NCBI GenBank assembly: GCA_044376115.1
Contig: JBILLK010000007.1
Span: forward strand, 128,001-192,000
Direction: 5' to 3'
Length of the DNA: 64,000 nt
Origin: Polyangiaceae bacterium
GTDB taxonomy: Bacteria > Myxococcota_A > Polyangia > Polyangiales > Polyangiaceae
A model generated the notes under the pieces. The model made no database searches, was not told the DNA's origin, and saw nothing but the letters and a program-made list of their open reading frames with translations. The position numbers and the translations under genes are program-made. Positions 19,515 through 29,015 of this stretch are shown piece by piece. The first letter of the stretch is position 1; each line of letters opens with the position of its first letter.

Positions 19515-20066
19515 TCAACCGGAATAGCGCCCCAAGCAAATCGCGAGAGTCTGCAGGCGCGCGCCAACGTCTGGCAGCGCCTTTTGCCACGCGCCGGGAC
19601 CAGCCTCGGTGCGCATGGCCTTGATGGGGGACTTGGCGAGCTGCTCGAGCTGCCGTTGATCGACCTTGACCCGTGTTACCCATTGGCTGAACACGGAGAC
19701 GTACTCGGTGACCGGGTCGTTCGTGACGCCTTCTATCTTCGGCGCAGACCTCTCCGTGACGAAAACGAGCTTGGCGCCGTCCTCGAAAGCGACCTCAATC
19801 TCGGCACCTGCGGGGATGTCTCCGGACACCGAGCCAGGACTTGCCCACATGATGAGCAGCGTCGTGCTGTCCTTGGAGCGGGTGAGCCCCAGCGCCCTGA
19901 AGTTGTCGTCGTAGTGGAAGACGTTGTGTTTCAGCTGTCCGTCGAAGTCGTCGAGTTCCTCGACCGCGACTTCACACGACTCGGGACCTGTCTTGACGAC
20001 GAAGGGACCACATCCAATGGCCGCGCAGCACGCGACCACGACTGCACCAAGCACGATCTGACGCAT
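19515..20066 (-). CDS. Lipoprotein, unknown function
   Basis: MRQIVLGAVVVACCAAIGC signal/lipobox; GGAGA upstream. Confidence 0.7.
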   Translation of the reverse strand: MRQIVLGAVVVACCAAIGCGPFVVKTGPESCEVAVEELDDFDGQLKHNVFHYDDNFRALGLTRSKDSTTLLIMWASPGSVSGDIPAGAEIEVAFEDGAKLVFVTERSAPKIEGVTNDPVTEYVSVFSQWVTRVKVDQRQLEQLAKSPIKAMRTEAGPGAWQKALPDVGARLQTLAICLGRYSG

Positions 20067-20156
20067 TCTCCGCAAGGTGTCACGCGCGCATCGAGTAGTC
20101 AAAAGACCATCGAGCGAAGTGGTGGTGCGTGTGGCCCTTAGCCGCGCTGCGCGCCC

Positions 20157-21320
20157 TCATTCGAAGCGAGCGAAGAACGTCTCGGGCTGCGACATCATGT
20201 GGGCTCCTGAGATCGAGGCGCCCCCGGCGCTGTACACTACGCCGTCGAAGAGCGGCGCCTGATGGCAGTGCGCTCTCGTGAGAGGAAGCTCGTTTGGCAG
20301 GCTCTCGAACGCACCGATTGTCCCATCTGCTTGGAACGGTGCTCGCTGCACGCGGCCGATGAAGTCGCCGGTGTCACTCGTGCCCTCGAGACCGAACACC
20401 AGGTAGAGCGCTCCGTCGTGCGCGAAGGCAGCGTGGACCGCCAGCGGACTCGGCACTTGTCCGACGACCGTCCAGCTACCGAGTGAGCCGTCGGAGCCGA
20501 TCTCCGACCGCAGCACGTCGCTGAAGTTTTCGTCCTCGTAAGGGAAGGGGTCTCCGTCGAAGCGGTTCAACCCGGCGATGACGTAGAGCGCGTTGTCGTG
20601 GGCGACGAGCGCGTGGTGGCTGCGGGGTTCGGGGAGCGGCGTGTCGAGCTCCCAGCTCCCGACTCCACTCTCGGAGAAGGTCGCGCGCTCGACCGACGCC
20701 TGACTGGTCCCATCGGCTTGGATACCGCCGACGACGTAGACGTGATCGTTGGCTGTGGCGAGGGCGACGTGGAAGCGCGGGGTGTTCAACGTGGGACCCG
20801 CTTCGAAGCTGATGGAGCCATCGGCTTGAACGGCACCCAGATCCGTCTTTGCGCTGGGCCCGCCGTTCGAACGAATACCACCGGCGATCAGCACGCGTGA
20901 CCCCGCTTGCGCAACGCCGGGGCCGAGCGTGACCAAGCTGCCGATGGTCTCGAAGGTGCCGAGGCTGCCGTCCTCGAGGATCGGCGCGCGCTCGATCTCC
21001 GGTACGACGGCCTCCATGTCCACGACGCCACCCAGGACGTAGAGATGAGGACCTGCTTCGGACGCTGCGATGAAGGTCGCGTGATGGTCGCGCGCATGAG
21101 CGAGGCTCGGCGCTGCTTGCCAAGCACCGAGGGTCGTGACGCAGGCACCACCTTCTTCGTGGCTACCGGCCGGGCAACCGCCACCACTACCGCCGCCGCC
21201 CAACTCAGCGCCGCCGCTACCGCCTTGCGGCGCACCTCCCGCGGACTCGAGGCCATCATCACATGCGGCACCAAGCGCCGTGAAACAGGCCCAAAAGGCC
21301 AAGACAACGTGAGATCGCAT
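20157..21320 (-). CDS. Kelch-repeat beta-propeller lipoprotein
   Basis: LGAAC lipobox; repeated R..H....LYV.GG units (ARDHH..LYVLGG, PRFH..VYVVGG, PRSHH..LYVIAG). Confidence 0.88.
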   Translation of the reverse strand: MRSHVVLAFWACFTALGAACDDGLESAGGAPQGGSGGAELGGGGSGGGCPAGSHEEGGACVTTLGAWQAAPSLAHARDHHATFIAASEAGPHLYVLGGVVDMEAVVPEIERAPILEDGSLGTFETIGSLVTLGPGVAQAGSRVLIAGGIRSNGGPSAKTDLGAVQADGSISFEAGPTLNTPRFHVALATANDHVYVVGGIQADGTSQASVERATFSESGVGSWELDTPLPEPRSHHALVAHDNALYVIAGLNRFDGDPFPYEDENFSDVLRSEIGSDGSLGSWTVVGQVPSPLAVHAAFAHDGALYLVFGLEGTSDTGDFIGRVQRAPFQADGTIGAFESLPNELPLTRAHCHQAPLFDGVVYSAGGASISGAHMMSQPETFFARFE

Positions 21321-21450
21321 GGCGCCCGCTCGAGCAGGAACCGCGCCAGCCAAATCGTGCGGCGAAACGGCTCATCGCTTCGCACAGTTCGATGGACCGT
21401 AAAGAACCTGACGGCCGCGCGGGTGGAGCCGAACTCAGCCTCGGTTGCAG

Positions 21451-22434
21451 TCACTGAATTACGCAAGATGGCGCATCGGCAGGCTTGAGGAAGCCAGCTC
21501 CGTCGAGGTCGAGGAGGCTCCTTAGCTCGGCGCCCCCGTACTCGACCACGCGGCGCAGCTCGCCGTTCTCGAGCTCGCCGACCACGAGGAAGTGGAGCGA
21601 CCCAGCTTTGCGAGAGGGCGCAATCCCGAGCAGGGGAGCGACAAACGTCGCGCGCCGCTCGACAGCGCAGACGGCGATCGTGGCACCGCCGAAGCAATCA
21701 CTGACGGTAGTCTTGTCGGGCGTGGTGCCGAGGCCCTGCGCGAGCTCGGGCGCGGTGCCGAACAGCGCCGGAGCGTCTTCGGCGAGGAGCTGGTTCGACA
21801 CGAGGACGGGCTTTGCTCCCGGAGCTGCCGGGCCGACGATCCAACGTGAAAGCGTGGTCGCGGTAGCGGAGGGCGTCGCGCCCACGAGCAGCTGCGGCGG
21901 TGTCGAAGGTGCAGCGGGCGGCTTGCGGTTGGGCAGGCAATGACGATACCCGGCGCCTACTTGGCCGTGTCGGGTCGCATCGTCGAAGTAGAGCGTCTCC
22001 TTCGTGATGAGCCCGTCGTCGCCGAGCTCGAGCACGCTCGCTCCGAGCACACCCCATAGTCGTACCGGGTGCTCGCCGCGGACGCCCCACTCGACGACGG
22101 CGCGCTTGCCCGATTCGATCGCGCGCAGCACGAACCGCTTGTCCGGACCGTCCACCAGCGACTCTACGTGGCTCTGGGCGCTCACCGGCTCGTTGCCCCA
22201 GCTCAGCACCCGCGCGTTCGGCGCATAGAGCTTGGCGAGCCCACTCGGATCGCGCGACTCGGAGGCGCGCTCGAACTCCTCGATCCAGCGGCGGAAAGGC
22301 GCCGAAACCTCGGTGCGAGCGGCCGGCTCGCTTCCGCGGCTCGGCACGGAGGCGACGGCCAGAGGCTCTGGCGCCGAGGAGGCGCATGCGCTGAGGATGA
22401 GGGCGAGCGTGAGGTTAGGAAGTGCTCGGGACAT
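21451..22434 (-). CDS. Lipoprotein with SnoaL/NTF2-like domain(s)
   Basis: Start MSRALPNLTLALILSAC; LAKLYAPNA...RAVVEW..RG.H...GASVLELGDDGLI..ETLYFD; a second ester-cyclase-like segment LLGIAPSRK near the C-terminus. Confidence 0.72.
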   Translation of the reverse strand: MSRALPNLTLALILSACASSAPEPLAVASVPSRGSEPAARTEVSAPFRRWIEEFERASESRDPSGLAKLYAPNARVLSWGNEPVSAQSHVESLVDGPDKRFVLRAIESGKRAVVEWGVRGEHPVRLWGVLGASVLELGDDGLITKETLYFDDATRHGQVGAGYRHCLPNRKPPAAPSTPPQLLVGATPSATATTLSRWIVGPAAPGAKPVLVSNQLLAEDAPALFGTAPELAQGLGTTPDKTTVSDCFGGATIAVCAVERRATFVAPLLGIAPSRKAGSLHFLVVGELENGELRRVVEYGGAELRSLLDLDGAGFLKPADAPSCVIQ

Positions 22435-24964
22435 CGTCATCATCGTCATCATCGTCCCCGTCGTCGTCCTCAGCGTCGTCGTCATCTTCACTGTCTTGCT
22501 CTTCGTCATCGCCTTCATCATCATCATCATCCCCGTCGTCTTCATCCTCGTCTCCGTCGTCGCCGTTGAGCCGTTCGGTGATACGCGACCGAACGCTGGA
22601 TAGCTCGGGCTCGCGTAGCAAGGCGCGCAGGTGACTCGCGAGTTGAGTCAGGGTTTCAACGCTGTTGCTATCGAGCTCGATGCGCGAGCCCACAATCGCG
22701 AAGCGAAACTCACCGCCGGAATTCCAATCCTTGAGCAGCTCGGCGAGGACCGCCGAAAGGACGTGGTGTCCATGTGGCTCGTCGACGCCGGATAAGACCG
22801 GCTTCAGCTGGTCGCGCTCGATGAGCAAGGTAAGGCCCTCGCGACCTGCCAAGGCCAGGGAGAAAGGCTCGACAGCGGCGGGCTCGAGATCGAGCTGTCG
22901 CGCGCCGTCCGCCGCTGGCTCGAGACGCGTGCCCTTGGTCTCGAGCACCGCAGCGCCCTCGAGCGAAACAGCGTCACGCCCAGCGAGCGAGCCGCCAAGG
23001 CTGCGCAGCGACGCGTCCTCGAGCTCTAGCGCGGTGGAACGCGCAGCCGTGACGTCGACTCTGGTGAGGCTGACGGCGGCGCCCGCGGTCACTCGCAGGC
23101 CCGCCGTGGCCTCCGCGTCGACGCGCCCTTCGATGACGGTGAGGACGGCGTCACCGTTGACGCTCACGCACGCGGGCTCGCCCTCGCCGTGCGCGCGAAA
23201 GCTCGTACCGCGCGAGCGCAGCTGCCGGCCCTGATCGAGGTGGAGCACGCCGGGCCTGCCGCTCAGGCGGCCGCCTTCGATGCTCGACTCTCCGGCCCCA
23301 CGCAGCACCACCGCGGCTTTGCCCGCGCCAGTGACGTCGCAGTCGACGAGCTTCAGCCGTGCCCCGTCATCGGCGAAGATCGCGCTCTCGCCGTCTGCTT
23401 GCACGTGGCAATGGAGCAACGTCGTGGAAGACGCGCCCATCAGCCAGACCGAAGGGTAGGTGGTTGGAGCGATGGTCAGCTTCGAGGCCACGAGCCGTGC
23501 TTGGTTCTGCACCACGACCGCGCAACCGGTGCCGCCTCCCAAGGCCATGCCCTCGACCGTCACCGCGCCCGAGACGATGCCGAGATCGTTGCCTGCGCTG
23601 CGCGTGATCGAGCCACCACGGAGCGCGCACGCCGAGGACGTGGTCATGAACAGCGCTCCGGAGGCGGCGCTCGCTTCGATCACCAGGTCCTGTGCGACGA
23701 GCCGTGCGCCCTGCAGCACGTCGACGCCGTTGCCTTTGGTCGCGCGGATCGAGACGTCGACGATCTCACTGACCGAACGGTTGGCCAAGCTCAGACCCGA
23801 GGCGCCGGCGTTCGCGATTTGCAGGCGCTCCACGAAGAGTTCGACGTCGTCCTTTGCGACGACGCCCGCCCCTCCGGGCGAGTCCACCTGGCAGTCGATG
23901 AGCACGATCTTGGAGTCGGCCTCCGCGAGTACGCCGTGCGCGCCAGCCCGTTCGATAAGGCAGCCGACCAGCACCAGGTCGGCTCTCGGTCCAACGGCGT
24001 ACGCGCCACAGCGACCAGTCCTCATCACACAATCGACGAGCCGCGCGTACGCCGAGCCGAGCCAAACGGCCTGCTTGGTCTCGCCGTCCTCGTCGCGCCC
24101 GGCCTCGAATTGGAAGCCTTTTACCAGCGAGTTGCTCTCAATCACGAGCGGCGCATCTTCATTGCAGCGGACGATCACTTCGCCCTCGGCGATCAGCTCG
24201 ACAGCCTCGCATAGGTTGACGCTCTCTTCGTATACGCCCGCGAGCACGCGGATCCGACTCGGTTTCTCGAGCGCGTCGAGCGCCTCTCCGATCGTGGCGT
24301 AGGTACCTCCGGCGCTCGCCGGTCCTACGACGAGCTCGGGTAGTACGTCGGGCACTGGTGCCGGGATATCTCCCGACAGATCGATATCGAAGGGGAGATC
24401 CCAGGCGCCGCCGGGCGCGATCAAGAACTCCGTCAGCGCCTCGATGTCGTCCTCGCCCGCGCCCCAAAGGTTTTTCCCTGCCGCGTAGGAAAGGCCCACT
24501 TCACGCCATGAATTGAATACAGCCTGCAGACCTCGGGCGGACTCGACGAGCAGGCTCCAAGCCTCCTCCAGCTCGATCAGGTAGGCGACGTAGGACCAGC
24601 CGGCGACACACGACGCGCGCACCAGATCCCAAGCAAGGTAGTCGTCGGCGGGCCGGCCTGTTCCGGCCGCATAGTCGAAGCGGTGACCCTCCTTCAGCAG
24701 CCAACGGATCTGTTCTCGCGCCTCTCGAGGAGAGCGGACGCCCCAGAAGTCACGCAGGCGCAGGCTGCTGTACCAGGAGCACATCGGACGCGGCTCTCCG
24801 CCGACGCGCAGGTGGCTCGTTCGATTGAGCTCCACGAGCACGGCCTGCGTCGCGAGCACCCAGCGCTGGGCTTCCGTTCGCGGGGGAGGCGGGCCACCGA
24901 ACTTGCCCTCGCGATCAGCGCCTCCTGCGTCTTGTCCATCTTCGCCGTCTGACGTCTGTGCCAC
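22415..24964 (-). CDS. DUF1266-like domain fused to a right-handed parallel beta-helix, with acidic tail
   Basis: LRDFWGVRS...WLLKEGHR...LAWDLVR...AGWSYVA...EEAW...FNSWREVGLSYAAG (DUF1266 pattern); YATIGEAL...IRVLAGVYEE and many short pectin-lyase-like turns; poly-Asp/Glu end. Confidence 0.78.
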   Translation of the reverse strand: MAQTSDGEDGQDAGGADREGKFGGPPPPRTEAQRWVLATQAVLVELNRTSHLRVGGEPRPMCSWYSSLRLRDFWGVRSPREAREQIRWLLKEGHRFDYAAGTGRPADDYLAWDLVRASCVAGWSYVAYLIELEEAWSLLVESARGLQAVFNSWREVGLSYAAGKNLWGAGEDDIEALTEFLIAPGGAWDLPFDIDLSGDIPAPVPDVLPELVVGPASAGGTYATIGEALDALEKPSRIRVLAGVYEESVNLCEAVELIAEGEVIVRCNEDAPLVIESNSLVKGFQFEAGRDEDGETKQAVWLGSAYARLVDCVMRTGRCGAYAVGPRADLVLVGCLIERAGAHGVLAEADSKIVLIDCQVDSPGGAGVVAKDDVELFVERLQIANAGASGLSLANRSVSEIVDVSIRATKGNGVDVLQGARLVAQDLVIEASAASGALFMTTSSACALRGGSITRSAGNDLGIVSGAVTVEGMALGGGTGCAVVVQNQARLVASKLTIAPTTYPSVWLMGASSTTLLHCHVQADGESAIFADDGARLKLVDCDVTGAGKAAVVLRGAGESSIEGGRLSGRPGVLHLDQGRQLRSRGTSFRAHGEGEPACVSVNGDAVLTVIEGRVDAEATAGLRVTAGAAVSLTRVDVTAARSTALELEDASLRSLGGSLAGRDAVSLEGAAVLETKGTRLEPAADGARQLDLEPAAVEPFSLALAGREGLTLLIERDQLKPVLSGVDEPHGHHVLSAVLAELLKDWNSGGEFRFAIVGSRIELDSNSVETLTQLASHLRALLREPELSSVRSRITERLNGDDGDEDEDDGDDDDDEGDDEEQDSEDDDDAEDDDGDDDDDDDDVPSTS
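22435..22562. repeat. Low-complexity (TCG/TCA/TCT)n tract encoding the Asp/Glu tail
   Basis: Imperfect trinucleotide run CATCGTCATCATCGTC... Confidence 0.8.
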
Positions 24965-25042
24965 GCGCGCAGGCTACACGAGCCTTCACGGTGACGGCGG
25001 GATCGCCTTCTCCAGGCTACTTTCGCGTGCATCATGCGCGAC

Positions 25043-25678
25043 TCACGCTCGGCCCAAAAGTGCTCCGAGCAGTGTAGCTCCGCACACGAGCGCTAGCGTG
25101 AGCGCGAGGACCGTCCGCAGCTTCCACATGGCGTGGCGCGCGGTAGGAGCGCGCACATCGATGCCCCAATGCTTCGCTAGGCGAAGGAGTGAATCGACGT
25201 TGCCGCCGCGCAGCAGGTCCAAGACGGCGCTCGGATCATTCGCGCGCTTGGCCTTCTCGTAGCGCTGCTTGTTTTCATCTGAGGTCTCGCGATCCAGCGC
25301 TAGCGGCCACTTCTCACCGTCGTTGGTCCCTTCGGACGGGTCAAAGAAGTAGATCGACTCCCATGCTTGGGGCGTCCCCTCGGCGCTTTTCCAGTGCTCT
25401 TCCTCGCACACGAGGCGCCGCACGAGTTCACCACGCTCCCAGTGTTCGAGCACCTCGCAGCTCGCGTTCGTCTGCAGCATGAACGCAAGGACTGTCCCCT
25501 CGAGTTCTGCCGAGAGCGCCGCTGCAAAACGTGGGGGCTCGATGCTCGCGAAGTTGACCTCCGCGTGGATGTACACCCAGGCCCCCTGCGGCCCGAGCAT
25601 GGTGAGTCGATACTTCCGGGCGAGAGCGGAAAAATCGCGCTCACCGACCTCGACGAAGGCACCGCAACAGGTGGACAT
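25043..25678 (-). CDS. Hypothetical protein with C-terminal TM helix
   Basis: Start MSTCCGAFV at 25678; shares a domain pattern with 27592..28362; hydrophobic C-terminus. Confidence 0.65.
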   Translation of the reverse strand: MSTCCGAFVEVGERDFSALARKYRLTMLGPQGAWVYIHAEVNFASIEPPRFAAALSAELEGTVLAFMLQTNASCEVLEHWERGELVRRLVCEEEHWKSAEGTPQAWESIYFFDPSEGTNDGEKWPLALDRETSDENKQRYEKAKRANDPSAVLDLLRGGNVDSLLRLAKHWGIDVRAPTARHAMWKLRTVLALTLALVCGATLLGALLGRA

Positions 25679-25816
25679 GGGACGCCTACTTACAATGGGG
25701 CTTTGGCGTCTTGTCCCTTTTTTCGTCGAAGGGTTGGCCGTTGCTCTAATCGATGGCGCCGCCTTCACCACGCGGCCGCGGACAATGGCCGAGCGTGCCG
25801 TGTTACAAACCGCTCG

Positions 25817-26053
25817 ATGCGGATCGGTCCTGTGCTGCTCCTCCTGGCCGGAGGCGTTTGGGAGTGGACCTCGAGCGAGAGCTACGGAGACAAAGAGCTT
25901 CGGGGCGGCAATGGCGGCGAACCAGATCGGTACGGCGCGGTCTCCTTCGTCGGTCGAAGTGGCCCTACCAACGCGAGTAACCACATCGGGTTTCGCTGTG
26001 CGAAGGCAGAGCCCGCCACCGCTCCCTCGAAGGCCGAAGCGATGTTTCGCTAA
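25817..26053 (+). pseudogene. C-terminal fragment of an FGE/SUMF1 (sulfatase-modifying factor) domain
   Basis: LAGGVWEWT...LRGG...NHIGFRCAK matches the GNVWEW/RGG/GFRC signature; only 78 aa. Confidence 0.65.
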
Positions 26054-26129
26054 AGCCTGACAACAGCAGGCCTACGCGAGCTGCAAGGAGCTCCTGCTAC
26101 GTCGCTCCATCAGTCCACGTAACGCCGCG

Positions 26130-26783
26130 TCAGAACGAAAAGGTGAGCGACATACTCGGGCCCGCATAGATCTCTGCGGCGACGTTCTCGTACACGCCTC
26201 CCTCCGACTGCTCCAAGCGCGAGTAACCAGCGCGGAACAGCTCGACTGCGGTGCGGATGCCGAACAAGTTCGTTGGCCGTAGGTGGAGGCCAACGCCGAA
26301 GTGTCCGCTCACGCTGAGCTGCTCCCAATAAGGGCCAAATTGCGCGTTGATGCGCGGCGTGATCGAGCCGCCGATCTCTACCTTCGGTAGGATCGGTACG
26401 TCGAGTCGCAGCGCGACCGAGCCCCCGACGCTCCATGCGGTGGTGCGAACGTCTTCTTGTTCGGCCGCCGTTTGGTAGACCGAGCCCTCGAGCCCAAACG
26501 CGATCCACAGCGGTCCGGCGATGCGCGGGCCCCCGCTGACGCTCACGCTCGGAATGAGCCCGCCCAACGTACCGGCGCTGCCAACTCCCGCGCTCAACGT
26601 CGCCACCGAGGCGCCGGCGTTCACTCGAAAAACCTGCGCGTCGCGCTCAGCGGCCTCCCGCGCTTCGAGCTCCTTCGACGCTGGTGCGTCCTCCTGCTTC
26701 GTCTCCAGATCCTGCGCGAAGATCTCGAACTCCGCGCAAACGCTAACGCCCCCGACACACACGAATGCGAGCCAACGATTCAT
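26130..26783 (-). CDS. Probable outer-membrane beta-barrel protein
   Basis: Signal-like N-terminus, alternating amphipathic strands, C-terminal SLTFSF; GGAGG upstream. Confidence 0.65.
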   Translation of the reverse strand: MNRWLAFVCVGGVSVCAEFEIFAQDLETKQEDAPASKELEAREAAERDAQVFRVNAGASVATLSAGVGSAGTLGGLIPSVSVSGGPRIAGPLWIAFGLEGSVYQTAAEQEDVRTTAWSVGGSVALRLDVPILPKVEIGGSITPRINAQFGPYWEQLSVSGHFGVGLHLRPTNLFGIRTAVELFRAGYSRLEQSEGGVYENVAAEIYAGPSMSLTFSF

Positions 26784-26885
26784 TGATGGTCCCTCCAGTT
26801 GCCGAGTGGAACCGCAGGCGACGCGCACCGATTCCGAGGAGGCGGCTGTTTGCCACAATGTCGCGGAAGGCCGAGTGGACCGTAT

Positions 26886-27473
26886 TCAGTTGCTGGCAGG
26901 AGGTGTGACGCCTGTTCGCCGACTAGCGCCTTGCAACGTCAACTCCAGGCGGTCGAGCGGGTACTTTTGCGCGCGCAATCGAGCCAAAATCCCCTCGTAG
27001 ACGTCCGGGGGCATGGCCGGGCTCCGACTCAAGATCCAGAGGTAGTCACGCCCAGGGCTACCAACGACCGCATACGAATAGTCAGGCGCGAGATCGATGA
27101 TCCAGTAGTCGCCCCAGAACGGCTTGAAGAACGTCACCTCGAGCTTCGCGTTGGTCACGTCGTCGAGGACGCGAGCGACGCCATCCGCACGCTCCACCTC
27201 CCCGTCGAGCGCCTCGAGATAGCAGCGGTTGGTCACATCAATGTCGCCGTCTTCTCGCTTCTCATAAGTGGCCGTGGTGCCCGTACATCCAGCTTGGAAC
27301 CACTGCGGGAACTTGGCGATCTCGTACCAGGTGCCGAGATAGCGGCTGAGATCGACCTTGGGAACCGTCTTGAGCGGGGGAAGTCCGAGCCGGTCCGTGG
27401 TGCTGGTCGTCGCGCAGCCCGAGAGGCCCGCCACGAGCAGCAGCCCGCCAAGGACCTTGAGGTGGATCTTCAT
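26886..27473 (-). CDS. blc: Bacterial lipocalin (lipoprotein)
   Basis: LSGC lipobox; VDLSRYLGTWYEIAK, AKLEVTFF, GDYWII...DYSYAVVG, YLWILSR. Confidence 0.95.
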   Translation of the reverse strand: MKIHLKVLGGLLLVAGLSGCATTSTTDRLGLPPLKTVPKVDLSRYLGTWYEIAKFPQWFQAGCTGTTATYEKREDGDIDVTNRCYLEALDGEVERADGVARVLDDVTNAKLEVTFFKPFWGDYWIIDLAPDYSYAVVGSPGRDYLWILSRSPAMPPDVYEGILARLRAQKYPLDRLELTLQGASRRTGVTPPASN

Positions 27474-27591
27474 CGCCGGAGTGTATGCCCGTGGAGAGCG
27501 AGGCGCTTGGATGCGCTTGCCGCCCGGAGCGCGCCTGGGCTCGGCCCTCCTCGTCGTGGTGCCGGCGTGGCGGGCCGAGTAGCCTCGGTTC

Positions 27592-28362
27592 ATGGCAGGG
27601 GACGCGAAGCTTTTCGTGCGTGATGGCGAGGCTTGGGTTGAGCACCCGCATGGTGCTGAGTCTGCCGAGGCGCTCTCGCGGGCGCACCGGACGACAGTCG
27701 TCGAGTGGTCGATTTCGACGGCGGTCGATCAAATCTGGATCCTTGCGTACAGCGAAGGGCAGCTCGTTCGCGAGTTGCGGTACGCGCGGGACGACGGCTG
27801 GTTCGAGCGTGGCGAACCGCTTTCGTTCGAGGACGCTCGTGCGCTCGCGCCGTGGCGAAGCGAGCGAAGTTTGCTCGCGAGCCCGGATGGCTATGAGGTG
27901 CTTGAGGCGTTCCTCGGACGTCGCCCCCCCGAGCCAGTGGTGGAGCCCGAAGCGACGCTCCGGACCACGTTTGCGCCGGTTCACGCAGGCGAGCTCCGAG
28001 CGATCGCCGATCGCGCTCTGGTCCCCATCTCAACGGTGCTCGAGGCGAGTTGGCAGCTGAGCAAGCTCGCTCTTTACGATCGCTTCATGGCACGCGCGAA
28101 CAAGCTCGGGCTCGACCTAACGAAGCTCGTCGAAGACACCTCGCCGCCACCGCCCTGCGAGCATCTCCCCAACTTCATTCATGAGCCGGCCGAGCTACCC
28201 GCGATCGATCTCACGCGCTACCAGGTCGATGCGATCCCACACCACTTAGCCGTGTCCGCAACGGTGCTCGCCGAGCTCGAGCACATGGCGACCATGTTCG
28301 ATGTGCCCGGCTTTAAGCTCCTCGATCAGGCGTACCTCTTGGCGCGCTCACGGCTTGTGTAG
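27592..28362 (+). CDS. Hypothetical protein with two TIGR04563-like ribbon-helix-helix modules
   Basis: LRTTFAPVHAGELRAIADRALVPISTVLEASWQLSK and HLAVSATVLAELEHMATMFDVPGFKLLDQAYLLAR resemble the myxobacterial MXAN_4361/4362 pattern (recalled, not searched). Confidence 0.55.
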   Translation: MAGDAKLFVRDGEAWVEHPHGAESAEALSRAHRTTVVEWSISTAVDQIWILAYSEGQLVRELRYARDDGWFERGEPLSFEDARALAPWRSERSLLASPDGYEVLEAFLGRRPPEPVVEPEATLRTTFAPVHAGELRAIADRALVPISTVLEASWQLSKLALYDRFMARANKLGLDLTKLVEDTSPPPPCEHLPNFIHEPAELPAIDLTRYQVDAIPHHLAVSATVLAELEHMATMFDVPGFKLLDQAYLLARSRLV

Positions 28363-28440
28363 GGCGGAGCGCCGGATAACCGTGCCGCGGTCTCGATTGT
28401 GGAATGGGTCCGCGCGCCCGGCACAATCGCCACGATGGAC

Positions 28441-28466
28441 GTAAGGTTTCGCCCGCGCCCGAGACT
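28441..28466 (+). promoter_or_regulatory. Possible ECF-type autoregulatory promoter (GTAAG-N17-GACT)
   Basis: Bipartite motif about 10 bp upstream of the ECF sigma ATG at 28476; weak, could be chance. Confidence 0.2.
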
Positions 28467-28475
28467 AACGGGGGC

Positions 28476-29015
28476 ATGGTTGATGGAGTGCCCTTGGAGC
28501 CGAGAGCGAGAGCAGACTTATCGGAGGCGCCCTCGGAGGCAGCGTTCGCCGAGTTGATGGCCCGCCACGGCCCTGGTCTGGCGCGGGTAGCGCGGGCGTA
28601 TTCGCGCACCGAGGCGGACGACCTACTTCAGGAGATCACCCTGGCGATCTGGCAGGCGCTGCCGGGGTTTCGCCAGGCTTGTTCGGAGCGGACGTTCGTT
28701 TTTCGTGTCGCCCACAACCGTGCCTGGACCTTCTCCGAGCGACGGCGCGCACGGCCAACGCACGAGCTCGACGAGACCATCGCGGGCCCGGGCGATCCGG
28801 AAACGTCCCTCGCCGAGGCCCGGCGGCGTGACGCGCTTTGGGACGGTATCCGTGCGCTGGCACCGCCGGCGCGCATGGTGCTCACCTTGGCGCTCGAGGG
28901 GCTCAGTCACGAGGAGATCGGCGAGGTACTCGGGGTTTCGGCAGGGAGCGTTGCGGTGCGGCTCAGTCGCGCGCGGGCGCAGTTGCGAGAGTGGATGCAA
29001 GGAGGTACGCGATGA
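28476..29015 (+). CDS. ECF RNA polymerase sigma factor
   Basis: DDLLQEITLAIWQALPGF...TFVFRVAHN (region 2); LEGLSHEEIGEVLGVSAGSVAVRLSRAR (region 4). Confidence 0.95.
   Translation: MVDGVPLEPRARADLSEAPSEAAFAELMARHGPGLARVARAYSRTEADDLLQEITLAIWQALPGFRQACSERTFVFRVAHNRAWTFSERRRARPTHELDETIAGPGDPETSLAEARRRDALWDGIRALAPPARMVLTLALEGLSHEEIGEVLGVSAGSVAVRLSRARAQLREWMQGGTR

Noticed and set aside
22435..22545. Met/Thr-rich N-terminus of ORF 21451..22545
   Set aside because: Off-frame reading of the upstream gene's acidic tail; the real start is probably 22434.
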